A stretch of 64,000 nt of DNA. Source: Bryobacterales bacterium. GTDB taxonomy: Bacteria > Acidobacteriota > Terriglobia > Bryobacterales > Bryobacteraceae. The notes under the pieces were generated by a model. That model saw nothing but the letters and a program-made list of their open reading frames with translations. It made no database searches and was not told the origin of the DNA. Positions 1 to 9,434 of the stretch are shown piece after piece. Where the stretch lies: the NCBI GenBank assembly GCA_963835855.1, contig CAWIHA010000011.1, positions 13,608-77,607 of the forward strand, given 5' to 3'. Positions within the stretch are counted from its first letter, which is position 1; every line of letters begins with the position of its first letter. The position numbers and the translations under genes were made by a program.

Positions 1-1437
1 TCGATCCACGAGAAGATGAAACGGCAAAAGATCGGGATCGACCAGGTCTATGATGTGCTTGCCGTCCGCATCATCACCGATTGCGTGAAGAACTGCTACG
101 CCGCGCTCGGCGTCATCCACAACGAGTGGCGTCCTATTCCCGGCCGTATCAAGGACTTCATCGCGATTCCCCGCCCCAACATGTACCAATCGCTCCACAC
201 GTCGGTGATCGGCCCGGGCGGCCAAGCTTTCGAGGTGCAGATCCGGACCGAGGAGATGCATCGCATCGCCGAGCAGGGCATCGCGGCGCATTGGAAATAC
301 AAGGAGGGCCGGAAGGAAGCCGGACAGGAGGAGCAGCGAATCGCTTGGATGCGCCACTTGCTCGAGTGGATTCAGGAGCTGCGCGATCCCGGCGAGTTCA
401 TGTCCACGCTCAAGGTGGATCTGTACCGGGAAGAGGTCTACACGTTCACGCCGCGCGGCAAGGTCATCGTGCTGCCGCGCGACGCCACGCCGGTCGATTT
501 CGCCTACGCCATTCACACCGCTGTCGGGCACAATTGCGTCGGCGCGAAAGTGAACGGCCGCATCGTGCCGCTGAAATATGTGCTGCGGAACGGTGACGTG
601 GTGGAGATCCTCACGCAACCCGGCCACATGCCGTCGAAGGACTGGCTGGCGTTGGTGAAAACGCCGCGCGCGCGGAACAAGATCAAGACGGTCATCAACG
701 CGACCGAGCGCGCCAAAGCCATCGAGATCGGCGAGAAATACCTGGAAAAAGAAGCGCGCCGCATCGGCGTACCGCTCGCCAAGGTTACTAAGGCCAGCCT
801 CGAGCGGGTAGCGGCCGACTACGGCTTCGCGAAGATGGAAGACCTCTACGCCGCGCTGGGCTACGGCAAGTTCTCACCGCGCAAGGTTCTTCAGAAGATC
901 TCGCCGGAAACAGCCGGGCCCGAGCCCGAGGAGGCAAGACTCGCCCCGGCGCCGGCCGCCGCGCCGGGGGCGCCAGCAGCTCCCGCCGCCACGGGCGACC
1001 TGACCATCAAGGTCAAGGGCATGGACGACCTGCTCGTCTACCGTGCCAAGTGCTGCAACCCGATCCGCGGCGAACCCATCGTCGGCTACGTCACGCGCGG
1101 TAAAGGCGTCGCCGTGCACGCGACCAACTGCTCGAACGTCCAGAACCTCATGTATGAGGTCGAGCGGAAAATCAACGTCGAATGGGCCCGCGCCTCGGCG
1201 GAATCCTTTCCGGTGAAAGTCCTCGTGTACGCGAGTGACCGGCCCGGCATGCTGAGCGAGCTTACGTCGGTGTTGTTCAATGAAAACAGCAACATCCGCA
1301 GCCTGGAGGCGCGCAGCACCGGCAAGGAAGGCGCTGTCGTGGACATGACCGTCGAAGTGCGCGACAAAAAGCAGCTTGAGCGCATCGTGGCCGCCATGCG
1401 GCGCATCTCGGGGATTCGTGATATCGAACGCCTCTGA
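1..1437 (+). CDS. RelA/SpoT-family (p)ppGpp synthetase/hydrolase, C-terminal part (5' end lies outside the window)
   Basis: Frame is open from base 1 and continuous with ORF 16..1437. Synthetase core motifs (DVLAVRIIT, FIAIPRPNMYQSLHT, EVQIRTEEMH), TGS region (YTFTPRGKVIVLPRDATPVDFAYAIHT) and an ACT-like C-terminus. Confidence 0.92.
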   Translation, partial: SIHEKMKRQKIGIDQVYDVLAVRIITDCVKNCYAALGVIHNEWRPIPGRIKDFIAIPRPNMYQSLHTSVIGPGGQAFEVQIRTEEMHRIAEQGIAAHWKYKEGRKEAGQEEQRIAWMRHLLEWIQELRDPGEFMSTLKVDLYREEVYTFTPRGKVIVLPRDATPVDFAYAIHTAVGHNCVGAKVNGRIVPLKYVLRNGDVVEILTQPGHMPSKDWLALVKTPRARNKIKTVINATERAKAIEIGEKYLEKEARRIGVPLAKVTKASLERVAADYGFAKMEDLYAALGYGKFSPRKVLQKISPETAGPEPEEARLAPAPAAAPGAPAAPAATGDLTIKVKGMDDLLVYRAKCCNPIRGEPIVGYVTRGKGVAVHATNCSNVQNLMYEVERKINVEWARASAESFPVKVLVYASDRPGMLSELTSVLFNENSNIRSLEARSTGKEGAVVDMTVEVRDKKQLERIVAAMRRISGIRDIERL

Positions 1438-1790
1438 TGAACCAGCTCCTGTTCGATCCTGAACACATCGCCGTCTCGAAGTCTATGGGAATCAAGATCG
1501 AGTGGCGCGACGGCCACCACAGCGAGTACGCTCTCAAGTACTTGCGCGACAACTGCCCTTGTGCGCAGTGCACTGGCGCCCACGGCACGTCCCGGGCCAG
1601 CGAGGGCGCCAAGAATAAAGATCCGTTTCAGCTCTATAAGCCCGCGCTCAAAATCTCAGGAGTCGAGCCGGTTGGCAATTACGCGATTCGCTTCGAATGG
1701 AACGACGGACACAATACCGGCATTTATTCCTATGAGCATCTCCGCGCAATCTGCCCCTGTCCGGAGTGCCGCAAGGCGCGCCCCGCGTAG
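1437..1790 (+). CDS. DUF971 family protein (gamma-butyrobetaine hydroxylase-like N-terminal domain)
   Basis: 117 aa. Two copies of the DGH..Y....LR..CPC..C pattern. ATG overlaps the relA/spoT TGA (TGATGA). Confidence 0.75.
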   Translation: MNQLLFDPEHIAVSKSMGIKIEWRDGHHSEYALKYLRDNCPCAQCTGAHGTSRASEGAKNKDPFQLYKPALKISGVEPVGNYAIRFEWNDGHNTGIYSYEHLRAICPCPECRKARPA

Positions 1791-1875
1791 CGGCCTGTGG
1801 CCAGCTCTCCACACATTGAAAAGCCCCTAACGGCGGTGTGCCGATGCAGGCCGTGAACCCCGGCGTATTTCGCGC

Positions 1876-2898
1876 TTACAGAAGCCGGAAGTTCACTTCC
1901 ACGTTCGCCAGTACGGCCACCGGGCGCCCGTCTTTCCTGCCCGGCTGGAAGCGCCACTTCTGCACAGCTTCGATGGCCTTCTCATCGAGGCCGAGGCCGA
2001 GCGGACGGACCACCTTGAAGTTCGTCGGCAGCCCACGCTCGTCCACGATGATCGAAATCACCACCGTGCCCTGGAACTTCGCCTTGCGCGCCTCTTCGGA
2101 GTACTCCGGCTCAACCTTATAGATCAGAGTTGGCGCAGATACGCCGCCGCCCACGCGGAATACGCCGCCTCCGAAGCCTCCGCCCTCGCCGGGCCCGAAG
2201 CCCGGACCTCTGCCGGGGCCGACGCCCCCGCCGCTGCCCGAACCGATGCCGCCGCCGGAACCGGGCCCGTTCGAGGGAGGCCCGATTTTGCCAAAAGGAT
2301 CGCCGTACTGCGACATGTTGACGTTCGGAATCGGCATGTTGGCTTGCGCAATGATCGTCGGGTCCATGATCAGCTTCGGATTCGGATTGTTGACCACCGC
2401 CATCGGCGGCGTGAACTGCCGCGGCGCAACCCGGGGCAGGCGCCCTTTGCTCGCCGGGAGAGGCGAGCGGTCGCCACCGCCGCCGCCACCGGCGGCCCTT
2501 GCCGCCTGCGGCGCCATATCCGGCTGGTAGGGCGCAATGTCAAGCGGAGCGACAATCGAGACTGCCTGTTTCACTGCCTGCTGGACCCCGTGGTTGCTCG
2601 CCACCGTGAACAGTAGCACCACTACGCAGACGTGAACGAGCGTCGAAGAGACACTTGCCTGCTTCCCGTAGCGGTACTCGCCCCAAATGCTCTTCACTGC
2701 GACGGGCTTCGAAGTCACCTCCAGGGGCGGAAGTTTAGGCGGGTGAATGAACTCTTTCACGTTGCGGAAGAAAGAGCGATACCACGGCTCTTCCACTTCG
2801 GCGACCAGTAGCCGGTTCAGGTGTTCGTCCGCGGCGTCGTGGCCGGGAGCCACACCGCCGCCCTTGGGAGGCTGTGGGATCGTTTCTTGACCTTGCAT
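1876..2898 (-). CDS. Energy transducer TonB family protein
   Basis: C-terminal TonB domain (PEYSEEARKAKFQGTVVISIIVDERG...AIEAVQKWRFQPGRKDGRPV), Gly/Pro-rich linker and one N-terminal TM helix. Start set at the internal ATG (MQGQET) rather than the ORF-track start 2970. Confidence 0.85.
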   Translation of the reverse strand: MQGQETIPQPPKGGGVAPGHDAADEHLNRLLVAEVEEPWYRSFFRNVKEFIHPPKLPPLEVTSKPVAVKSIWGEYRYGKQASVSSTLVHVCVVVLLFTVASNHGVQQAVKQAVSIVAPLDIAPYQPDMAPQAARAAGGGGGGDRSPLPASKGRLPRVAPRQFTPPMAVVNNPNPKLIMDPTIIAQANMPIPNVNMSQYGDPFGKIGPPSNGPGSGGGIGSGSGGGVGPGRGPGFGPGEGGGFGGGVFRVGGGVSAPTLIYKVEPEYSEEARKAKFQGTVVISIIVDERGLPTNFKVVRPLGLGLDEKAIEAVQKWRFQPGRKDGRPVAVLANVEVNFRLL

Positions 2899-3132
2899 GC
2901 TTAATCTTGGGACGCTCCGCCTCTCTAGCCGCCAGGGCTGCGAGAGCCTACGCTTCTCCCTCCCCCCCAATAGATGATTTCAGCCGGACAACAGTTACAC
3001 GTTTTGAAATCTGGGCGGGTTCTTTTCTACTCCAAAGTGTATCACATCCCGCCCCGGCCACCCCCCGGCATCAGAAACGCTGTTGCAGGTCTACACGGTT
3101 TTCGGGATGCCGCCGGCCTACCCCAGCCCTGG

Positions 3133-3756
3133 CTACAACTCCAGAAAACCACGCACACCCTCCCAAATCGTTTCCAGCGAGGAAAGCAATTGGTGGTCCG
3201 AATGCACGAGCTCCAGCCGCACATTCGGCCGCAACCGCGCAAATTGCTCTGAAAGGGCGTACGGCACCACCGTATCTTCCGTCCCGTGATAAATGAGCAC
3301 CGGCTGGGTGGTCTCCGGATACGCTTCGTACCGGAGGCCGTCCTCAATCAGGCCGTAGCTCACGCGCGCCACCCGGCCCTCGCCGTGATGGAAGACCGGC
3401 AGGTAGCCGGTGCGCCGCCAACCCTCGATCTCCTCTTCCCCGAAGGCCTCCGCCCACCGCCCGGCGAAACCGAACGCCGGAGCGAGCAACACCATTCGGG
3501 CCACTTCCGCATGGCGGGCCGCGTACAGCGCCGCGATGTACCCGCCCATGCTCGAGCCGATCAATGTGACCGGATCACCGGAGGCCAGCCGTTCCACCTG
3601 GGCGAGCTGGCGGCTGATGGTGAGGTGCTCAAAGTCGCCGCCAGCCAGGTCGGGGATGTCCAAAGCCACCCCGCAACTCCGCAGGCGCTCACTAAGATAC
3701 TGTGCTTTCTTCGACGCAGGGCTGGAAGCGAACCCGTGCAGGTAGAGGACCCGCAT
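3133..3756 (-). CDS. YqiA-like alpha/beta hydrolase (esterase, UPF0227 family)
   Basis: MRVLYLHGFASSP N-terminus, nucleophile elbow GSSMGG, C-terminal HSDH. Confidence 0.75.
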   Translation of the reverse strand: MRVLYLHGFASSPASKKAQYLSERLRSCGVALDIPDLAGGDFEHLTISRQLAQVERLASGDPVTLIGSSMGGYIAALYAARHAEVARMVLLAPAFGFAGRWAEAFGEEEIEGWRRTGYLPVFHHGEGRVARVSYGLIEDGLRYEAYPETTQPVLIYHGTEDTVVPYALSEQFARLRPNVRLELVHSDHQLLSSLETIWEGVRGFLEL

Positions 3757-4687
3757 CTATTTCGGGGCTTTCTTGGGAGCCACGGGTGCGGCCGGCGGCG
3801 CCGGCTCTTCCTCGAACTTGATCTGGGTATCGGTCTCGAACATCCGGAACGGCGAATAGTGGAACACGTCCTCCACCATCAGCTCCGCGCCTGCGTATTT
3901 CCGGTTAACCACCGCCACGGGCACCACGAGGCCATGCGGGCTCATCGTGTAATCGACGGTTGTTTCGTCGCGAATCGAGATTTGGCCCTCTTTCCAGGCC
4001 GAGTTCAGCACGATCCGGAGCGGCAGCGAATCGGAGACTCCGCACCCAAAGCTGCCCCCGTAGCGGCAGGTGCTCCGCATTCCGCTTTTCGACAACCAGC
4101 AGAGAGGCCGCGCCGCCGCGCTGCTCGAAGTCGAAGACGCTCGCGGCCTCGGCGCCGATCTGCCCCGGGCCCGTATAGTGGAAAGAATAGTCGTCCAGCC
4201 GCTGCCGCGTAAAAAGCAGAATCACTTGGCCGAAATCGACTTCCCCGCCGGTGAGTCCACGCTTCTCAAAGGTGGCCAGCATGCGCGCTTTCAGGCGATC
4301 ATCCTCGGAGCGCAGGCCGCGAACCAGCGCCTGCCTGGCCTCTGCTTCGCCGGTGACCCGGCGCCCATCCACCGAGACCACTTGCCGGAACTCCCGCGGC
4401 ACCATCGGCGAATCCTGTAAAGTGGAGAAGCCGTACACGGACACCAGTTCGCGCGTGCGATACTCTGGTTTGGGAGGCTCGAGACCGGTAACTCCGGGCC
4501 GCGGACGGAAGCGCCGTCGCGGTTTACGCACTCGTTGAACCAGGGTCTCGTCGGCTACGGTTTTCGGGGCCAGCGTCCGAAAAACCTCCGCTTCTTCGGA
4601 GACCCGGGCCAGAGCTCGTGTGAGCTGCTCGTCCGGGGCGCCGAGAGCAGCCGCCGAAGCGAAGAGCACCAAGGCTGCGATGGGCAT
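3757..4687 (-). pseudogene. Secreted hypothetical protein gene, reading frame interrupted by an apparent 1-nt indel near 4055-4090
   Basis: Signal-peptide start MPIAALVLFASAAALGAP at 4687. Frame A turns Arg-rich and non-protein-like after ..LLVVEK. Frame B (..CRYGGSFGCGVSDSLPLRIVLNSAWKEGQ..) continues to a TAG at 3757 that directly abuts the yqiA-like ATG. Confidence 0.55.
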
Positions 4688-4787
4688 AGCCCGATTGTAG
4701 AATACTGGCGCTGGCCACGCCCGGGGCACCGGGGGCGGATTTTGCTCTGTTCGGCGGCAGGCTGGCGGCGCGGTCTCAAAACGGCAG

Positions 4788-4816
4788 TTGCGGTGAGGCG
4801 AGATCATCGCTAGAAT
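4788..4816 (+). promoter_or_regulatory. Putative sigma-70-type promoter of acpP (TTGCGG-17 nt-TAGAAT)
   Basis: Hexamers read directly. The -10 lies 30 nt upstream of the acpP ATG, and the RBS GGAGG follows. Confidence 0.35.
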
Positions 4817-4846
4817 CATTGAGTTTGCAACAGTTCTGGAGGATTC

Positions 4847-5086
4847 ATGTCCGTTGAGCAGAAGGTAAAGCAGATTATTGTCGAGCAGCTCGGGGTGGAC
4901 GAGAACCAAGTGGATAACACCGCCTCCTTCGTCGACGACCTGGGCGCCGATTCATTGGATATCGTCGAACTCATCATGGCGTTCGAGGAAGCTTTCGATC
5001 TGGACATCCCCGACGAGGACGCCGAGAAGATCACCACCGTCAAAGACGCGATCGACTACATCGAAGGCAAGATGGCCAAGAAGTAG
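4847..5086 (+). CDS. acpP: Acyl carrier protein
   Basis: 79 aa with the phosphopantetheine site motif LGADSLD. Followed by fabF. Confidence 0.97.
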   Translation: MSVEQKVKQIIVEQLGVDENQVDNTASFVDDLGADSLDIVELIMAFEEAFDLDIPDEDAEKITTVKDAIDYIEGKMAKK

Positions 5087-5129
5087 CCACGGCCTGTCTC
5101 ATGCTGGTTTCCATTCGAGGAGCGGAGCT

Positions 5130-6386
5130 ATGTCGCGCAGGGTCGCGGTAACGGGCATCGGTCTAGTGTCGCCGGTTGGCATCGGCACCGAAGAGACTTG
5201 GCGAGCCATCTGCGCCGGCCAGAGCGGCATTTCCGGGATCACCGCCTTTGATGCGTCCGCATTCGCCTGCCGCATCGCGGGCGAGATCAGGAACTTCCAG
5301 CCGGAAAACTACGTCGAACGCAAAGAGCTGAAGAAGATGGGGCGCTTCATCCAGTTCGCCATTGCGGCGACGGATTTCGCCATGGCCTCTTCCGGCTTGC
5401 AGATCGACGCGAGCAACGCGGCAAGCGCCGGCGTCTACATCGGCAGCGGCATCGGCGGGTTCGAGGTGATCGAGCGGGAGTTCGAGCAGCTTCTGAAGTA
5501 CGGGCCCAAGCGCATCTCGCCTTTCTTTATTCCCGCCACCATCATCAACCTGGCCTCCGGCTACGTCTCGATCCGGGTGGGCGCCAAGGGCCCCAATTCT
5601 GCGACCGCGACCGCGTGCACAACCAGCGCCCACGCCATCGGCGACTCCTTCCGGTTGATCCAGCGCGGCGATGCCGACGTGATGATCTGCGGTGGGGCGG
5701 AAGCGCCCATCTGCCGCATGGGGATCGGCGGGTTCGCCGCTATGCGCGCTCTCTCGACGCGCAACGACGAGCCCCAGAGGGCCAGCCGTCCCTGGGACAA
5801 ATGCCGCGACGGCTTTGTCGTAGGCGAGGGAGCGGGAATCGTGATCCTGGAGGAATTGGAGATGGCACGGCGGCGCGGCGCGCCCATCCTGGCTGAGGTG
5901 GCTGGCTACGCCATGGGCGGAGACGCTCACCACATCACCGCGCCCGCCGACGACGGGGACGGAGCCATCCGCGTCATGCGCAAGGCGCTCCAGGACGCCC
6001 GGATCGAGCCCTCCCAGATCGACTACATCAATGCGCACGGCACCTCGACCGACGTCGGCGACCGCGTCGAGACCATCGCCATCAAGCAGTGCTTCGGCGA
6101 ACACGCCTACAAGATCGCTGTCAGCTCCACAAAGTCGATGACCGGCCACCTGCTGGGCGGCTCGGGCGGCCTCGAAGCCGGCATCACCGTGCTCGCCATC
6201 CGCGACCAGATCGCGCCTCCCACCATCAACTACGAAGTCCCCGACCCCGATTGCGACCTCGATTACGTGCCTAACCGCGCCCGGCCCATGCGAATTGAGT
6301 ATGCGCTCTCCAATTCGTTCGGCTTCGGCGGCACTAACGGCTGCCTCATTTTCAAGCGCTACACGGGATTGCGCCGCTCTTCATGA
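5130..6386 (+). CDS. fabF: Beta-ketoacyl-ACP synthase II
   Basis: MSRRVAVTGIGLVSPVG start, active-site context ATACTTSAHAIG, HGTST and GHLLGGSG motifs. The ORF-track start 4878 overlaps acpP and was rejected. Confidence 0.95.
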   Translation: MSRRVAVTGIGLVSPVGIGTEETWRAICAGQSGISGITAFDASAFACRIAGEIRNFQPENYVERKELKKMGRFIQFAIAATDFAMASSGLQIDASNAASAGVYIGSGIGGFEVIEREFEQLLKYGPKRISPFFIPATIINLASGYVSIRVGAKGPNSATATACTTSAHAIGDSFRLIQRGDADVMICGGAEAPICRMGIGGFAAMRALSTRNDEPQRASRPWDKCRDGFVVGEGAGIVILEELEMARRRGAPILAEVAGYAMGGDAHHITAPADDGDGAIRVMRKALQDARIEPSQIDYINAHGTSTDVGDRVETIAIKQCFGEHAYKIAVSSTKSMTGHLLGGSGGLEAGITVLAIRDQIAPPTINYEVPDPDCDLDYVPNRARPMRIEYALSNSFGFGGTNGCLIFKRYTGLRRSS

Positions 6387-6441
6387 CATCCGCTCCCACA
6401 ACTCCATCAAATCAAGCCTGTGACTGTTCCGGGTGCAGCCG

Positions 6442-7086
6442 CTACTTACCTAACAGGTACCGCGGACCGACGAAAAAGTGTTCGCTGATCGCATCGGGCA
6501 CGGTTAGGAACAGGCAAAAAGCGACCAGCCCATGCGCGAGCCCCAGCACGTAAAGACTGCGGTGCCTGAGATACACCCGCGTGCAAACGTAACCTCCGGC
6601 GAGCGCGACCAGCATCAGAAACCAGTTCGGCAGGTGTGCGATAGAGAACAGGATCGCCGCGACGAGCGGCGCGAACCGGTTTCTCTCGACGCCCGAGTGT
6701 TCGAGGAAACGGTTCACGAAGTAACCGTTAAGTAAATATTGCTGGCACAGGCCCCAAGCTATGTACGCAAGGACGCCGTCGACGGCTTCGAGCGCGCTGA
6801 TCTTCCGCAACGTGCCGAAAAACACGCCCATGCCCAGGAGCGCCAAAACGATCACGACGGCCCAGGGAATTACGCTAGCGAACGCCCGCCGGAACTCGCT
6901 CCAGCCGAACCCGATCCAGCGCGCGCCCTCGCCGTGCAGGAAATGCGTTCCAGCCACGAACCCGAGGATCACCACACCGAGCCACGGCTGATCGAAGCGC
7001 AGCCGCCAGATATAGATCATGATGAGCAGAAATACGCCGCCAGCCTCGATCAGCGAACTCCATCTCCGCTTCGTGCCCCTTTGCAT
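6442..7086 (-). CDS. CPBP (CAAX/Abi) family intramembrane metalloprotease
   Basis: Multi-TM protein. C-terminal FSIAHL...H motif region. Start at the internal ATG 7086, which overlaps the upstream stop (TAATG). Confidence 0.7.
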   Translation of the reverse strand: MQRGTKRRWSSLIEAGGVFLLIMIYIWRLRFDQPWLGVVILGFVAGTHFLHGEGARWIGFGWSEFRRAFASVIPWAVVIVLALLGMGVFFGTLRKISALEAVDGVLAYIAWGLCQQYLLNGYFVNRFLEHSGVERNRFAPLVAAILFSIAHLPNWFLMLVALAGGYVCTRVYLRHRSLYVLGLAHGLVAFCLFLTVPDAISEHFFVGPRYLLGK

Positions 7087-7970
7087 TAGAGGAAGAATGT
7101 GTGCCGCAGCGCATTGATGAGCGCATGCAGGCCGGCGGAAGAAAGAATTGTGGACGATTTCCAGAACACCCCGCCGAAAACGAATCCGGCGATGCTGGCG
7201 ATGATCGTGTAGCGCCAGTTTGGCAGAGGGCCCGGCGGATTGTCCAGATGGGACGCGCCGAAAACCAGCGCGGCCGCGAGCAGGGTTTTGTGGTTGAAAC
7301 CGAAATTCTGCATCAGCCAGTTCTGGATCAGCGCCCGGAAGAGTATTTCTTCGGGCAGCGCGACGCCGAGCAGTGTCTTGAACCACAGGATTCCGAAAGC
7401 GCCGGCGCGGAACGGCACTGGCATGCGGAACGGGCCCATGAATCCCAGCGCGAGCCCGAGCGCAATCAGTGGCGGTGCGGCGAGCGCGAAACCGATCAGC
7501 GGATTCGTGAGGTCCGAAAGCCTCCGCGGCAGGTTGTATTTCATCCCCTTCAGGTCGCGGAAGATCAGGAACAGGAACAGGGCTAGCATGACCGCGGCGC
7601 TATGGGCGGCAACGCCCACCGGCCCCCAGACACGTTCCGGAATTAATTGCTTTCCCGCGTTGAATTCGATGGGAAGCCAGAGCGATAGCATGGCCGCGAG
7701 GTCGAGCAAAGCGCATTTACGCGCGCCAAGGCTGTCAGCCCGGCCACGCCTGTCGGGGCCGTTCACAAATACCAGCGCGGTTGGCAGGAGCGTGTAAGCG
7801 GCGACGAGCATGATAAACACTGTGCTCCAGGCGTCGCGGGCCGCGAGAATCGCGGCCACGAGCGCGGTCGTGAGCATGGGAATGACGAAGATCCGCCGCG
7901 GCGCGCGATGGAACCAGGCCTTGAGGCGCGCCTGCACCGGGTAAGCGAATAACGCCAACTCGATGACCAT
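7086..7970 (-). CDS. CPBP (CAAX/Abi) family intramembrane metalloprotease, paralogue of the downstream gene
   Basis: EEILFRALIQNWL (EExxxR) and FGASHL motifs. Multi-TM. Start at internal ATG MVIELALF. Confidence 0.75.
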   Translation of the reverse strand: MVIELALFAYPVQARLKAWFHRAPRRIFVIPMLTTALVAAILAARDAWSTVFIMLVAAYTLLPTALVFVNGPDRRGRADSLGARKCALLDLAAMLSLWLPIEFNAGKQLIPERVWGPVGVAAHSAAVMLALFLFLIFRDLKGMKYNLPRRLSDLTNPLIGFALAAPPLIALGLALGFMGPFRMPVPFRAGAFGILWFKTLLGVALPEEILFRALIQNWLMQNFGFNHKTLLAAALVFGASHLDNPPGPLPNWRYTIIASIAGFVFGGVFWKSSTILSSAGLHALINALRHTFFL

Positions 7971-7981
7971 GAAGAAAGCGG

Positions 7982-9361
7982 TCACAAGGCTTTGCCCTCG
8001 TTGATCCACACGGTCTTGATATTCACAAACTCGCGGATGCCGTAGACACCGAGCTCGCGTCCGTAGCCGGAATGTTTCACGCCCCCGAAGGGCAGCCGCG
8101 GGTCCGACGCCACCATGCCGTTGACGAAGACTAAGCCGGCCTCGAGGCCGTCGATCGCGCGCCCGCGCTCCGCCTCGTCGTTGGTCCAAACAGCCGATCC
8201 AAGTCCAAACGCGGTCGCGTTGGCCAGTTGGATCGCCTCGTCGATATTGCGCACACGGAATAGCGATGCGACCGGCCCGAACAGCTCTTCTGAGTACGCA
8301 GGCGCGTCTTCGGGAACGCTGGTGAGGACCGTCGGAGCGTAATAGTTACCTGGGCCATCCAGGCGCTTGCCGCCGGTCAGGATGCGCGCGCCGGCTTCCA
8401 CCGAGCGCCGCACCTGATCCTCGAGAGTTTCTAGAATTTGCGGCGTTGCGAGCGGCCCCAGTTGGGTGTCTTCCTCGATCGGATCGCCGATCTTGACCGC
8501 TTCCATCGCCCGCACGAAGTGCCGCTCGAACTCATCCGCAATGGACTCGGCAAGGATGAAGCGCTTAGCCGCGATGCAGGACTGTCCGTTGTTGACGAGA
8601 CGCGCGGCGACGGCGGTCTTGACCGCGGCGTCGAGACCGGTGCTCGGCATCACGATGAAAGGATCGCTGCCGCCCAGCTCGAGAACAGTCTTCTTGATGT
8701 GCCGGCCGGCCTGGCTGGCCACCTGGCTGCCGGCCGGCTCGCTGCCGGTCAGGGTGACGGCCGCAATGCGCGGGTCGTCGAGTACGCGCGCGACCTCACC
8801 GACGCCGATCAGCAACGTCTGAAAGGCGCCCTCGGGAAAGCTGGCGCGGCGAAAGATTTCTTCAATCGCGAGCGCGCACTGTGGCACGTTCGAGGCGTGC
8901 TTGAGCAGCCCGATGTTGCCGGCCATCAGAGCGGGCGCGGCGAAGCGGAACACCTGCCAGAACGGAAAATTCCAGGGCATGATGGCAAGCACCGGTCCGA
9001 TGGGCTGGTAGTGGATATAGCTCAGGCCGGCGTGGGTCTTGACCTTTTCGTCGGCCAGCAGGCGCTCCGCGTTTTCAGCGTAATAGCGGCATGCCCAAGC
9101 GCATTTCACCGCCTCCTCGCGCGCCGAACGCAGGGTCTTGCCCATCTCTGCGGTCATGATGCGGCCGAAATGGTCTTGGTCCTGCTCGAGGATCTTCGCG
9201 GCGCGGAGCATCCGTTCCGCACGCTCAGCGAAAGGCATGCGCCGGCAGGAGGGGAACGTGGCGGCGGCGCGCGCCAACTTCTGCTCAATTTGATTTTCGG
9301 TGAGCGGCTCAAAGGAGCGCAGAGTCTGGCCTGTGGCGGGGTTGATGCTGTGGATGGTCAT
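7982..9361 (-). CDS. NAD(P)-dependent succinate-semialdehyde dehydrogenase-like aldehyde dehydrogenase
   Basis: 459 aa ALDH fold with the ELGGSDP and NNGQSCIAAKR catalytic motifs. N-terminus INPATGQ. Confidence 0.9.
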   Translation of the reverse strand: MTIHSINPATGQTLRSFEPLTENQIEQKLARAAATFPSCRRMPFAERAERMLRAAKILEQDQDHFGRIMTAEMGKTLRSAREEAVKCAWACRYYAENAERLLADEKVKTHAGLSYIHYQPIGPVLAIMPWNFPFWQVFRFAAPALMAGNIGLLKHASNVPQCALAIEEIFRRASFPEGAFQTLLIGVGEVARVLDDPRIAAVTLTGSEPAGSQVASQAGRHIKKTVLELGGSDPFIVMPSTGLDAAVKTAVAARLVNNGQSCIAAKRFILAESIADEFERHFVRAMEAVKIGDPIEEDTQLGPLATPQILETLEDQVRRSVEAGARILTGGKRLDGPGNYYAPTVLTSVPEDAPAYSEELFGPVASLFRVRNIDEAIQLANATAFGLGSAVWTNDEAERGRAIDGLEAGLVFVNGMVASDPRLPFGGVKHSGYGRELGVYGIREFVNIKTVWINEGKAL

Positions 9362-9434
9362 ATTTTCATTCTGATCTTCGAGCGGGCGGGAGTGGGGTAA
9401 GGCGAGTTTCCACCCCAGCCCAGGTGTTTACCTG

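Noticed and set aside
5163-6149. Long antisense or out-of-frame ORFs in the supplied track. Examples: 5163..6149(-), 8438..9400(+), 18486..19514(-), 24979..26439(-), 31683..32888(+), 34234..35736(+), 36956..38302(-), 56088..57059(+), 60027..61691(+).
   Set aside because: Each lies opposite or out of frame to a gene with clear family motifs. Their translations are Arg/Pro/Gly/Ala-rich with no recognisable domains, which is the usual shadow-ORF artefact of GC-rich DNA.
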